64,000 nucleotides of DNA from Candidatus Roizmanbacteria bacterium (GTDB lineage Bacteria > Patescibacteriota > Microgenomatia > UBA1406). This document shows, one piece after another, positions 1-9,070 of the stretch. The notes under the pieces are model-generated. The model was not told the DNA's origin. It saw nothing but the letters and a program-made list of their open reading frames with translations, and searched no databases. Within the stretch, counting starts at the first letter, position 1, and each line of letters starts with the position of its first letter. Position numbers and translations under genes: made by a program. The DNA is taken from contig JANLHL010000016.1 in assembly GCA_024654535.1 (NCBI GenBank), forward strand, positions 96,626 through 160,625. The letters run 5' to 3'.

Positions 1-1
1 T

Positions 2-772
2 AAGTCGGGTGCTTACCTTATGGCGGATATCGCACATCTTTCCGGTCTCATTGCAGCAGGTGCGTATCCATCACCAGTACCCTATGTACATATTGTAACG
101 ACAACGACACATAAAACTCTCCGTGGTCCACGTGGTGCCATGATAATGGTTACAGATAAGGGTCTCAAAAAAGACGCATTGTTGTCTGATAAAATAGATA
201 AATCTGTGTTCCCTGGTCTTCAAGGTGGGCCTCATTTAAATACAATAGCTGGCATAGGTGTTGCACTTCATGAAGCAAATACTACTCGATTTAAAAAATA
301 TGGAAAACAGGTAATTCAAAATGCTAAAACACTTGCGAGTGAGCTTTTGAAATACAATTTCACTTTAGTTGCTGGAGGTACCGATTCTCACCTGATTCTT
401 ATAGATCTTAGTAATAAAAAACTTCTTGGTAATACAGTAGCTGAGGCGCTTGAGTATGTTGGTATTGTAGCCAACAAAAATTCGGTGCCGTATGACAAAA
501 ACCCACCATTTTATCCGTCTGGTCTTCGCATAGGTACTCCTGGTATTACAAGTCGAGATATGGGTAAGAGAGAAGTGAAAATTATTGCAAAAGTAATACA
601 TAAAACTGTTGAAGCTGTCTATACACATAAAATAAAAACTCTAAAAAAAGATAGTCTTGAAAAAAAGAAATCTGTTCGTAGACTCCTGATTAAGGGAACT
701 GAAGAGTTACGTGCGCTTCGGTCAATAATTCTTGAGCTATGCCAGCAATTTCCTCTTTGTGATACGTATTAG
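2..772 (+). CDS. glyA: serine hydroxymethyltransferase, C-terminal part (5' end outside window)
   Basis: Frame is open from the window edge. 'GAYLMADIAHLSGLIAAG...VTTTTHKTLRGPRG' carries the SHMT PLP-lysine motif TTTTHKTL. Confidence 0.9.
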   Translation, partial: KSGAYLMADIAHLSGLIAAGAYPSPVPYVHIVTTTTHKTLRGPRGAMIMVTDKGLKKDALLSDKIDKSVFPGLQGGPHLNTIAGIGVALHEANTTRFKKYGKQVIQNAKTLASELLKYNFTLVAGGTDSHLILIDLSNKKLLGNTVAEALEYVGIVANKNSVPYDKNPPFYPSGLRIGTPGITSRDMGKREVKIIAKVIHKTVEAVYTHKIKTLKKDSLEKKKSVRRLLIKGTEELRALRSIILELCQQFPLCDTY

Positions 773-786
773 TAGTAAGTAGAATT

Positions 787-1728
787 CTAAATAAAAGATA
801 ATATATCTTTTACATTTTGTGTGCTGCCTATAAGCAGAGGTTGTCTTTCATGAAGGTGTGTTGGTTGAATAAGTAGGGGAGATGATGATTCACAAACAGC
901 CATACCACCAGCATTTTGCATGATGAGCGCCATTGGATTCACCTCATACATAAGTCGTAATTTACCGTCTGGACTACGAGTATCCTGAGGATACATAAAG
1001 ACTCCTCCCTTTAACAGGGTACGGTGTACATCTGACACCATTGATCCTACATAACGTAATTTCATATCTGTTTTTTTTGCATATTGCACGTATTTTTGAA
1101 TGTACTGAGGAAAGGTATTATAGTATGCTTCGTTAATTGAATATATATTTCCTTTTTCTGGTGTACGTATATTTTCATGCGAAAGCAAAAAACTACCAAT
1201 AGAAGGGTCATACGTAAATCCATGAACTTTATTTTCACAGGTATAGACAAACATTATTGACGGACCATAGATTATATATCCTGCAGCTATTTGCTTTATG
1301 CCTTTCTGCAAAGCTCTTTCATTCATACGATAGATCGAAAAAATTGTTCCAATACTTATGTTAACATCGATATTTGAAGACCCATCGAGTGGATCAAAAA
1401 AAACGGCATATTTTGCATTTTTTTCATTCGTAATAAGTGCCGACTCCATTTCCTCCGAAGCAATGAGACCAGCCTGTTTACTTGCTCTGATGCTTTCTGT
1501 AAGAGCGGTATTTGCAAAGATATCCAGTTTTTGGACATCGTCATTCGATTGATTTTTATATCCAGATGCGCCAATGATATCAACCAAACCTGAACGACCG
1601 ACGTGAGAAGCTATTACTTTTGCTGCCTGCTCTATATACAGCATAAGTAGACTAAAGCTACCCGTAGCTTCCTTAAAATTCCTTTCTTCTTCTAAGATAA
1701 AATCGGTAAGCGTTTTTGCGTATTTCAT
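787..1728 (-). CDS. fbp: fructose-1,6-bisphosphatase, class 1
   Basis: 313 aa. N-terminal 'TLTDFILEE' and the metal-site motif 'FDPLDGSSNIDVNISIGTIFSIY' are typical of class I FBPase. Confidence 0.9.
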   Translation of the reverse strand: MKYAKTLTDFILEEERNFKEATGSFSLLMLYIEQAAKVIASHVGRSGLVDIIGASGYKNQSNDDVQKLDIFANTALTESIRASKQAGLIASEEMESALITNEKNAKYAVFFDPLDGSSNIDVNISIGTIFSIYRMNERALQKGIKQIAAGYIIYGPSIMFVYTCENKVHGFTYDPSIGSFLLSHENIRTPEKGNIYSINEAYYNTFPQYIQKYVQYAKKTDMKLRYVGSMVSDVHRTLLKGGVFMYPQDTRSPDGKLRLMYEVNPMALIMQNAGGMAVCESSSPLLIQPTHLHERQPLLIGSTQNVKDILSFI

Positions 1729-2636
1729 CCATTTTTGTAAAGCGCTAATGCTTCCTCAAGCGTCTTATTTTCCACCGTGAGTGCATATATCGAATTTGAA
1801 AAGGCTATCGCATGTTTTAAGTCCTTTTGGTGTATATTTCTACCCGTCGCGTTTCCGCTTGCTCCGCCTACGTGCAACTGATCGTATAGTTCACGTAAGA
1901 AGACTTCAACGTCAGTACTTGAACCTCCTGCGCAAACGAGGCGAGTTCTACCAGCTGCATTTACTGCTTCTCGGAGAGCCTCTGCGCTGGTGCCTACTTT
2001 TGGCTTTGGCGCATTTACTTTTACAAAATCAGCACCGAGTGTTGATGCTAACCCTGCTGCACCTGCTATTAGATGTCCGTTGTACTCGTCTACAACATGG
2101 GTACCACGAGGATATGCCCACAATACCGCTACTAAGCCATTTCTATGTGCATGATAAATAATATGAGCTGCTTCTCTCAACATCTGTTCTTCGAATAAAC
2201 TTCCCATATAGATGGTATATCCAACAGCACATACTTGAAGCTTTGAGCTTTCAACGAATGCAGCAATGTCATTCATAGAGTACCAACTACTACTCAGCGG
2301 GTCCTGTGCTCCTTTTGGAATCACATTAGTCTTTGAGTTCATTTTTATCAAATAGGGAATGGTACCGTAGGTTGTTCCATAGCGTGCAATTAAACCCAGT
2401 TGAGTGGCAAATACCCCTATCTTTGCTTGAGATGCAATTTTGAATAAATGTTCAGGTGTCGCATCATCAACAGAAATATTTTCCCCGTAGTAATCACTAT
2501 TCAAATGCTCTGCTTTCTGATCTCCCGCAAATAGCATTAGACGGTCAGTTTCGTGAGTCATTGTCAGATAATTCTTTCTGTATAATTCTCTTTTTGATTC
2601 TGGGACATCGAGCGGTATTATTAGTGTGTTTTCCAT
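1725..2636 (-). CDS. class I (archaeal/DhnA-type) fructose-bisphosphate aldolase-like protein
   Basis: 303 aa TIM-barrel-like protein with 'GADFVKVNAPKP', a candidate Schiff-base Lys context. It overlaps the downstream fbp by 4 bp, giving a gluconeogenic operon. Family call is by pattern only. Confidence 0.65.
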   Translation of the reverse strand: MENTLIIPLDVPESKRELYRKNYLTMTHETDRLMLFAGDQKAEHLNSDYYGENISVDDATPEHLFKIASQAKIGVFATQLGLIARYGTTYGTIPYLIKMNSKTNVIPKGAQDPLSSSWYSMNDIAAFVESSKLQVCAVGYTIYMGSLFEEQMLREAAHIIYHAHRNGLVAVLWAYPRGTHVVDEYNGHLIAGAAGLASTLGADFVKVNAPKPKVGTSAEALREAVNAAGRTRLVCAGGSSTDVEVFLRELYDQLHVGGASGNATGRNIHQKDLKHAIAFSNSIYALTVENKTLEEALALYKNG

Positions 2637-2725
2637 GATAGATTTAAATTTATAATCAATAACTTATTTTCATACTGTATCATACTTTTAGTATAGGTAT
2701 TTTTCATGTTTCGTCAAGTTTTAGC

Positions 2726-4294
2726 TTACCTTTTTTTATATATACGCACAACTGGGTGATCAAAAACGCTCCATGTTTCTTCTGCCTGTTCATCGGGTAT
2801 TGAAAAAAAGGTTTTCCCAGCTATTTCAATTCTTGGATAGGAGCTAAATTGTGCAATAAGTTTAAAACTCTTTTCAGAAAGTAAATCTGTATAGTATTTG
2901 GTCAATATTGGATTCTTCTTTTGTTGAATACTACAATTTTTCCATAGCGTATCTTGCTTCTGAAATACGCATGTTGTATCGGCAAATACTCTTCTCGAAG
3001 GTACAATCACATAGTCACTAGTTTGTACTGCCCGTGACAGTTGAGATTGCACAGACGTATCGTTTTCAATATCATAGAGAAAGAGTGAAGTGATACGATA
3101 ATCATTAGAGGAGTACAAGGGTATATCGGTTACGTTTGCTCCCTCTGTTATTATTGTTGAACCTGCTGGAACAGTGTGGTTTACCCACTCGGTTGCCTTT
3201 ACACGTACATCTGGATAACTATATACACCAACATATGCTATGCCGATAAGTAGCTGGTAAAGTAGTACAACATAAACGAGTGGTTTAAATATGCGAGTTG
3301 TATATATTCTTTGCATGACTAAAACAGCAGCTAATTCCATAAGTACATACGGATAGATTATAAAGCGAGTCCATTTGGCAAATAGGAATGCGTTTGGAAT
3401 AAATAGAACGGCAAAAAAAGCTGCATAAAGTGGGTTTCTGAATACAATATACAACAAACCAATTATTGAGATTATTACCATGGGAACACCGAGAGCATAT
3501 GGAAATATAGAGAATATTTGGAATACTACTGGATGAGTTCCTATAAATTGTTGCGTATAAAAGACGGGAAGTGTCCCCATACCCACAGCAGTTTCGTAGT
3601 GTAATGCATCGAGTGTCTTTTGATACGACAAGAGGAGGTGAGGAGAGAAACATACAGCAAAAATGAACGATATTCCAACTATAGAAATAAGGTACGTAAG
3701 CATATTCTTAAGGGGAATTTTGCGCGTATAAACAGCGTGTAACGAGTATAGCACTGGTAAAGCAAATAGTTGTAAAGATGACATTTTTGTTGCAATAGAA
3801 AGGCCAATGGCTATACCAACTATTTTTGGGTTTTTAATAAATACAAGACACAAAAGAAACAAGAATATAAGAAGGCTTTCAGTAGTTCCAAAGTGTGATA
3901 GCTGTATAAAAACGGGAGTACATATAAAGATAAGAATACCAATCATACGCATAGGTTTTCCAATCTTCATATTTATAAGTAACCGAGACCACAAATATAT
4001 TGATCCAATAGATGCTACTGCAGAAAGAATGCGCAACAAGATCGTTGCCCTCACTACGGTTAGCGGAGCGCCTGTCAGCAAATTTAGAAAGAATGTTATA
4101 TATAGTGGGAACTGATTATATGCATAAAAATGTGGATCAAGCATAGTTGAGAATGATAAAGAGCTTGCGGCAACAGCCATGTTGCGCTCGTCTGGATGGA
4201 ATAAGAAGGGCAAACCCCAACCTAAGTTATAGGTGCGGGTATAGAGTGCAACAAGCAACAACATACTCCATGTAATCCACGTATGTTTTTTCAT
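2726..4294 (-). CDS. polytopic membrane glycosyltransferase, GT39/ArnT-like
   Basis: Many TM helices, and an N-terminal loop 'FHPDERN' resembling the DE motif loop of PMT/ArnT-type enzymes. Start moved to MKKHTW (4294), which forms an ATGA overlap with the stop of the upstream ORF. Confidence 0.65.
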   Translation of the reverse strand: MKKHTWITWSMLLLVALYTRTYNLGWGLPFLFHPDERNMAVAASSLSFSTMLDPHFYAYNQFPLYITFFLNLLTGAPLTVVRATILLRILSAVASIGSIYLWSRLLINMKIGKPMRMIGILIFICTPVFIQLSHFGTTESLLIFLFLLCLVFIKNPKIVGIAIGLSIATKMSSLQLFALPVLYSLHAVYTRKIPLKNMLTYLISIVGISFIFAVCFSPHLLLSYQKTLDALHYETAVGMGTLPVFYTQQFIGTHPVVFQIFSIFPYALGVPMVIISIIGLLYIVFRNPLYAAFFAVLFIPNAFLFAKWTRFIIYPYVLMELAAVLVMQRIYTTRIFKPLVYVVLLYQLLIGIAYVGVYSYPDVRVKATEWVNHTVPAGSTIITEGANVTDIPLYSSNDYRITSLFLYDIENDTSVQSQLSRAVQTSDYVIVPSRRVFADTTCVFQKQDTLWKNCSIQQKKNPILTKYYTDLLSEKSFKLIAQFSSYPRIEIAGKTFFSIPDEQAEETWSVFDHPVVRIYKKR

Positions 4295-4683
4295 ACACCA
4301 AATACAGCGAGCTGATATATAAGATCTTTTATATCTCGGTAGTTGCGGTAATAACACAATGGGTGAGTACAACCAGATATCTCCTGGGTTTGTTGTGTTG
4401 TATTTGAGCAGACAATACAGGGTAGAGTTCGTGAAAGTGCGAGGCTCAAAAAAAAGCCTTCATAAAAATGAGGTATAGATGATTCAAAGATACAAATATC
4501 AGCTTTCTTTAATGCGCTCATTGTACGTTCATACCTCTGTGTATCTTCGATCGTTTCCTTACGTGCATCAAGTGCTATGAGGTCTTGATTGACAATGCTA
4601 TTTCCTCTCTGAGAGAGTGCGACAACTAACTTTTTAAACGCAACGGTAGTCGTTGAATTTCCAGAATAGATGAATATATCCAT
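4291..4683 (-). CDS. hypothetical protein, 130 aa (weak nucleoside 2-deoxyribosyltransferase-like pattern)
   Basis: Internal Met 'MDIFIYSG...KKADICIFESS...EGFFLSLALSRTLPCIV' is chosen because the longer ORF (to 4938) would overlap the divergent gene at 4724. Its stop overlaps the GT39 start (ATGA). Confidence 0.35.
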   Translation of the reverse strand: MDIFIYSGNSTTTVAFKKLVVALSQRGNSIVNQDLIALDARKETIEDTQRYERTMSALKKADICIFESSIPHFYEGFFLSLALSRTLPCIVCSNTTQQTQEISGCTHPLCYYRNYRDIKDLIYQLAVFGV

Positions 4684-4723
4684 GTTTGCTATGTGTATTA
4701 AATTATGTGTATAATTATACCTA

Positions 4724-5137
4724 ATGCAATCTAGAAAACTAAACATACTGTATATGCTTTTCTTTTTTGTTGCCATCTTTGTTTTTGGTATTGCTATTTT
4801 TGAAGACCAGATACGGGTACGTATACGGGCTACGAGCTCAGTTGTTTCGAGCGATACTTCGGTGTTACTGGTAGATAAGGTTGCGGCTGGCATAAACAAA
4901 GATTCTATCCGTGTTACTGTATTTGCAAGAAATGCCACTGGGGATACGCTTAATGGTGTTACTGTTCAAGTTCAAGCTACCTTAGGTACCGTACAACCTT
5001 CGAGCATGACGACTGATGTTATGGGTAAGGCTGTGTTTACTCTATCGTCTGCTGTTGGTGGTAAATCAATAATTACTGCAACTGTTGCCAATCAACCTTT
5101 GCCTCAAAAACTAACAATTCTGTTTTCATCAGACTAA
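4724..5137 (+). CDS. membrane-anchored protein with bacterial Ig-like (Big_1/invasin-type) domain
   Basis: N-terminal TM helix, then 'IRVTVFARNATGDTLNGVTVQVQATLGTV...TDVMGKAVFTLSS..GGKSIITATV', a typical Big_1 pattern. TATAAT at 4710-4715 lies 8 nt upstream. Confidence 0.6.
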   Translation: MQSRKLNILYMLFFFVAIFVFGIAIFEDQIRVRIRATSSVVSSDTSVLLVDKVAAGINKDSIRVTVFARNATGDTLNGVTVQVQATLGTVQPSSMTTDVMGKAVFTLSSAVGGKSIITATVANQPLPQKLTILFSSD

Positions 5138-5194
5138 AAATAAACGTGATGTATAATAGCTAGTACCTATTTAATAGTTTATAAATATTCGAGT

Positions 5195-6097
5195 ATGAAA
5201 AAAATAACTAAAGCAGTCATCCCGGCAGCCGGGTTTGGAACACGTTTTTTACCACAGACTAAGGCAATGCCCAAAGAAATGCTGCCAATAGTAGATAAAC
5301 CTGTCATTCAGTATGTTGTTGAAGAATTAGTAGATGCTGGCATCACGGACATAATTATCGTTACTGGTTATCATAAAAGGACGATAGAAGATCACTTTGA
5401 TATTCCAAGTAGAGACCTTATTGAAAATCTAAAAATGGGCGGCGAAAAGAAAAAACCATTACTTGACGAAGTCATAAAGATAGCCGATATGGCAAATTTT
5501 GTCTATGTACGTCAAAAAGGTCCATATGGGAATGGTACTCCGCTTCTGAATGTTCGTCATCTCATTGGTGGCGAACCCTTTATTTATACATGGAGTGATG
5601 ATTTCATCAGTGCAAAGCCGTCACGCTTTCGTCAACTACTTGACGTTTATAATGAATATGGAACATCCTGCATGGCAAGCATTCGTGCGACGAAGGATGA
5701 AGATTACGATAGATATGGGTTTGCAGGAGGAAAAGTACTTAGAAAAGGCATTATTGATATTGATACTATTATTGAAAAGCCAGGAAAACAGAATGCGCCA
5801 TCAGATTTAGCAAATGTTTCCGGTTTCTTATTTACACCTGAAATTTTTCAGTATCTCGATAAAGCACTGTCAAATCTTTCCGAGGGTGATGAGCTCTATT
5901 ATAACGATGCCCTTAAACTAATGTTGCAAGATGGAAAGAAGGTATTGGCAGTCGAAATAATGAACGGAAAATACTATGACACAGGGAATAAATTAGAATA
6001 TCTAAAAACAGTTGTGGAGTTTGCAGTTAAGAATGGTGCCGTGAACGGGGAGTTTACTGAGTTTTTAAGAGATTTGCTTGAAAAAAAAGGTTTGTAA
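5195..6097 (+). CDS. galU: UTP--glucose-1-phosphate uridylyltransferase
   Basis: 'KAVIPAAGFGTRFLPQTKAMPKEMLPIVDKPVIQYVVEE' is the canonical GalU N-terminus. Confidence 0.9.
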   Translation: MKKITKAVIPAAGFGTRFLPQTKAMPKEMLPIVDKPVIQYVVEELVDAGITDIIIVTGYHKRTIEDHFDIPSRDLIENLKMGGEKKKPLLDEVIKIADMANFVYVRQKGPYGNGTPLLNVRHLIGGEPFIYTWSDDFISAKPSRFRQLLDVYNEYGTSCMASIRATKDEDYDRYGFAGGKVLRKGIIDIDTIIEKPGKQNAPSDLANVSGFLFTPEIFQYLDKALSNLSEGDELYYNDALKLMLQDGKKVLAVEIMNGKYYDTGNKLEYLKTVVEFAVKNGAVNGEFTEFLRDLLEKKGL

Positions 6098-6111
6098 CTT
6101 ATCGTTAAGCG

Positions 6112-6218
6112 TGTTAGAATGATATTTATTATTAATTTGTGATTGTGTATGTATGATCCTGGCAAAAATTGCCGTGCATACACATAAACCACTCTGAGAG
6201 TGGTGCATTAAGGAAAAT
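6112..6218 (+). promoter_or_regulatory. rpsB promoter (TGTTAGAAT 6112-6120) plus structured ~90-nt leader
   Basis: 8-bp stem 6144-6151/6177-6184 encloses hairpin GGCAA(6161-6165)/TTGCC(6169-6173). A second hairpin is CCACTC(6189-6194)/GAGTGG(6198-6203). SD AAGGA is at 6210-6214. Confidence 0.4.
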
Positions 6219-7034
6219 ATGGTAAATCTTGACCCAAAAAAACTTCTTGAACTTGGTGGCCATTTTGGTCATAAAGTTTCTCGTACCAATCCAAAAGCGA
6301 AAAAATATGTTTATTCTGCACAGAGTGGTATTTCTATCATAGATTTATTCAAGACCATAGAGCTTGCTGAGCGTGCTGCAAAAAAACTTGAAAGTGCTGG
6401 AAAAGACGGTAAAACGTTGCTTGTTATTGCAAGTAAAAAAGTTGCAAAAAATAGTGTATCAAAACTTTGCGAAGAACTTAAAGTACCGTACTTGTGTGAA
6501 AAATGGGTCGGTGGTTTCTTCTCAAATTTTGAGGAAATTCATAAAAATATACAAAAGGCGAACGATTGGATCGAAGAACAAAAGACCGGAGGTTGGGATT
6601 CAATGCTTAAACATGAACGCGTTAAACTTGAAAAAGAACTCCACAAAGTGCTAAAAGTATACAAAGGTGTTCTTAACTTAGAAAAGATACCGGACTCGGT
6701 TTTAATAGTTGACGTTAAAAAAGAGAAAAATGCTCTTAATGAGAGCATGAAGGTACAGGAAAGACAACGCCTGCAAGATATAGAACAGCTTATGTCATTT
6801 GCTATATTAGATACGAATGTTAATCCAGACCTTGTACAGTATCCGGTCATGATCAATGATGATACCGAACAAACGATAGAATACATGTTTACTTATTTAA
6901 TTCATGCATATATTGATGGCCGAAAGAAATACCAGGCATCTGAAGAAAAAAAAGCTGCAGTAGAGGAAAAGAAAGCAAAGAAAATAAAAGAAGCACAAGA
7001 AATAGCAGAAAAGAAAATTCATGAAAAGCCATAA
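6219..7034 (+). CDS. rpsB: 30S ribosomal protein S2 with Lys/Glu-rich C-terminal tail
   Basis: 'LLELGGHFGHKVSRTNPKAKKYVY' is the S2 signature region. It is followed by tsf, the conserved rpsB-tsf pair. Confidence 0.9.
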   Translation: MVNLDPKKLLELGGHFGHKVSRTNPKAKKYVYSAQSGISIIDLFKTIELAERAAKKLESAGKDGKTLLVIASKKVAKNSVSKLCEELKVPYLCEKWVGGFFSNFEEIHKNIQKANDWIEEQKTGGWDSMLKHERVKLEKELHKVLKVYKGVLNLEKIPDSVLIVDVKKEKNALNESMKVQERQRLQDIEQLMSFAILDTNVNPDLVQYPVMINDDTEQTIEYMFTYLIHAYIDGRKKYQASEEKKAAVEEKKAKKIKEAQEIAEKKIHEKP

Positions 7035-7043
7035 TAAATAACT

Positions 7044-7493
7044 ATGAGTACTATAGAATTAATAAAAAAATTGAGAGTAGAAACTGGGGCATCTGTTGCT
7101 CTATGCAATAAAGCTCTTCTAGAATCAAAAAATGATTTGAAACGGGCGCATGAACTACTTAAAACCTGGGGAGTTGAGCGTGCACAAAAGAAGCAGGGAA
7201 CAGAAGCTGCTGATGGGGTAATAGAGTCGTATATTCATCACAATAAGCGCATGGGTGCGCTTCTTACTTTGCATTGTCAAACTGACTTTGTTGCGAAAAA
7301 CGAAGAATTTAGAAAGCTTGCTCGAGAAATAGCTATGCAGATAGCATCTATGGCACCAAAAACTTCAGAAGAACTTTTGAAACAGGCGTATATTCGTGAT
7401 AGCAAAAAAACGATAGAATCCCTTATTCAAGAGCAGATCGCGAAGTTAGGTGAAAACATCAAAATTGGCGAATTTGTGCGGTTTGAAATCTAA
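7044..7493 (+). CDS. tsf: elongation factor Ts, very short form (149 aa)
   Basis: UBA-like N-terminus 'LIKKLRVETGASVALCNKALLESKNDLKRAHELL', then 'TDFVAKNEEF' and the terminal 'GENIKIGEFVRFEI'. Confidence 0.85.
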   Translation: MSTIELIKKLRVETGASVALCNKALLESKNDLKRAHELLKTWGVERAQKKQGTEAADGVIESYIHHNKRMGALLTLHCQTDFVAKNEEFRKLAREIAMQIASMAPKTSEELLKQAYIRDSKKTIESLIQEQIAKLGENIKIGEFVRFEI

Positions 7494-7512
7494 CATACCC
7501 CAGTATTTCTAG

Positions 7513-7953
7513 TCAGCGATTCATTAAATTAAGCATCGTACATCCTGCAATACCTGAACCTGCAGTTAAAATAACAATGTTCCTTACTGTTCGAAGTGCT
7601 TTTATGTTACCTACGGCCCCTTTATCTGCTTTTTCTTTTACAATTTTTGCAGTTCTAACTGCTTTTCTATTTTCTCTCTCAGCTTTTCTATGAAGATGAC
7701 CGGCTGAACATACGTTTAGAAAACCGTTCGTAGCATTAAGCGCATCCGATGTCCTTGGTACCTCATCGTATGCTTTATCCTTTAAAAATTTTCCAACTTT
7801 TAACGGATCTAGATCTGCGGCTTCGTGAAGAATTCTTCGAGCTCTTCTACCAGGGGTATCTAATAAGTTTCTTATGGAATAATAGCCATATGCAACCAAT
7901 GCGGCTGCTGCTGGTGTTGCAATAGCAAATAACTCGGGTCCATTTAATTCCAT
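7513..7953 (-). CDS. hypothetical membrane protein (hydrophobic N- and C-terminal segments)
   Basis: 146-aa ORF with no recognisable motif. Divergent from the 7997 gene. Confidence 0.4.
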   Translation of the reverse strand: MELNGPELFAIATPAAAALVAYGYYSIRNLLDTPGRRARRILHEAADLDPLKVGKFLKDKAYDEVPRTSDALNATNGFLNVCSAGHLHRKAERENRKAVRTAKIVKEKADKGAVGNIKALRTVRNIVILTAGSGIAGCTMLNLMNR

Positions 7954-7996
7954 ATCCTATAATAAACTAATATTTATGCTATAATACATACTTACT

Positions 7997-9031
7997 ATGT
8001 ATTTATCTAGACAAAAAAAGGACATTCCAAAATCGAGTTTTGTATGGAACTTTGATACAGAAGCAGAACGCATATTTAACACATGCATATCTACTGCGAG
8101 TGGATTTTTTAATAGCAAAGGCTTTTTGGTACTTCCATCCCTTATAAAAGGCGACGCGTCGTGTGTCTATCTACCCCATATTGCATACGAGTCAATCCCA
8201 AACTTTTGGACAAAGCTAGCACATTTAGATGACAGTAAATACATATATATGCCAAAATTAATAGGAACTAAACTCAAGACACTTTTAGCAACATTACCCA
8301 CCCTGGACCCAAAGGAGGTATCTGCAAAAGAATGTGAGTGGAAGAAAGTAGAAGGTATATTCTGGAATTATGTAAACGAACTTGCAATTGAGAGCACACT
8401 TTTAATTCGATCACTTGAAGTACGTATGACTCAATATGGCACTATTTCTTCTTATCTCTATGAAAAAAATAGAGAAAACCATCTTGTTTGTTACTTAAGG
8501 CACGATATGTCAGTCGCACATTTAGCTGAAATAATACTGACTGCACTACTGAGACCTATGCAGAAATCACTTCATTTGCCCTGGGAAACAACCGAAGGTA
8601 TGGTAGATATCCTCCTTACAAAATCTCCCCTTGCAAAATATTTCACTAATTATAAACCAACGCTCTATGCAACAAGCCACATTCAAAAAAGTCTTGAAAT
8701 GGTATCAAAAAAATATGTAGCACAACTTGGTCTAAAGCTTACTAAGCCATTCACACTCAAAAATAACACAGTCTATTACCACGCAAAGCCCTTGTCTCAG
8801 AGCCTTACTAAATCGCAGGAGATGATATTAAAACATTGTCTTCAAAATGAAAACAGCATAGTTGAATATGATACGCTCGGGACACTTTTGTGGCATTCTG
8901 ATGAACAATTCTCATTGTGGGCAATTAATAAACAGCTGCAACGCTTAATTGATAACTTAAAAAGTTTAGGGGTTTCTTCAGACTTGTTTCACATAGTCCG
9001 CGGTAGGGGATTTATGCTTACAAACATATAA
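7997..9031 (+). CDS. hypothetical protein with C-terminal OmpR/PhoB-type winged-helix DNA-binding domain
   Basis: The last ~75 aa, 'LTKSQEMILKHCLQNENSIVEYDTLGTLLWH...WAINKQLQRLIDNLK...HIVRGRGFML', follow the trans_reg_C pattern. No receiver domain precedes it. TGCTATAAT at 7977-7985 lies 11 nt upstream. Confidence 0.55.
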   Translation: MYLSRQKKDIPKSSFVWNFDTEAERIFNTCISTASGFFNSKGFLVLPSLIKGDASCVYLPHIAYESIPNFWTKLAHLDDSKYIYMPKLIGTKLKTLLATLPTLDPKEVSAKECEWKKVEGIFWNYVNELAIESTLLIRSLEVRMTQYGTISSYLYEKNRENHLVCYLRHDMSVAHLAEIILTALLRPMQKSLHLPWETTEGMVDILLTKSPLAKYFTNYKPTLYATSHIQKSLEMVSKKYVAQLGLKLTKPFTLKNNTVYYHAKPLSQSLTKSQEMILKHCLQNENSIVEYDTLGTLLWHSDEQFSLWAINKQLQRLIDNLKSLGVSSDLFHIVRGRGFMLTNI

Positions 9032-9070
9032 ATAGTTGGGTACGAGCTGTCCGTAGTATATAATCAGCAC

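Noticed and set aside
4684-4938. N-terminal 85-aa extension of the minus-strand ORF 4291-4938
   Set aside because: It would overlap the well-supported divergent gene starting at 4724 and its promoter. The internal Met at 4683 gives a compact, non-overlapping gene.
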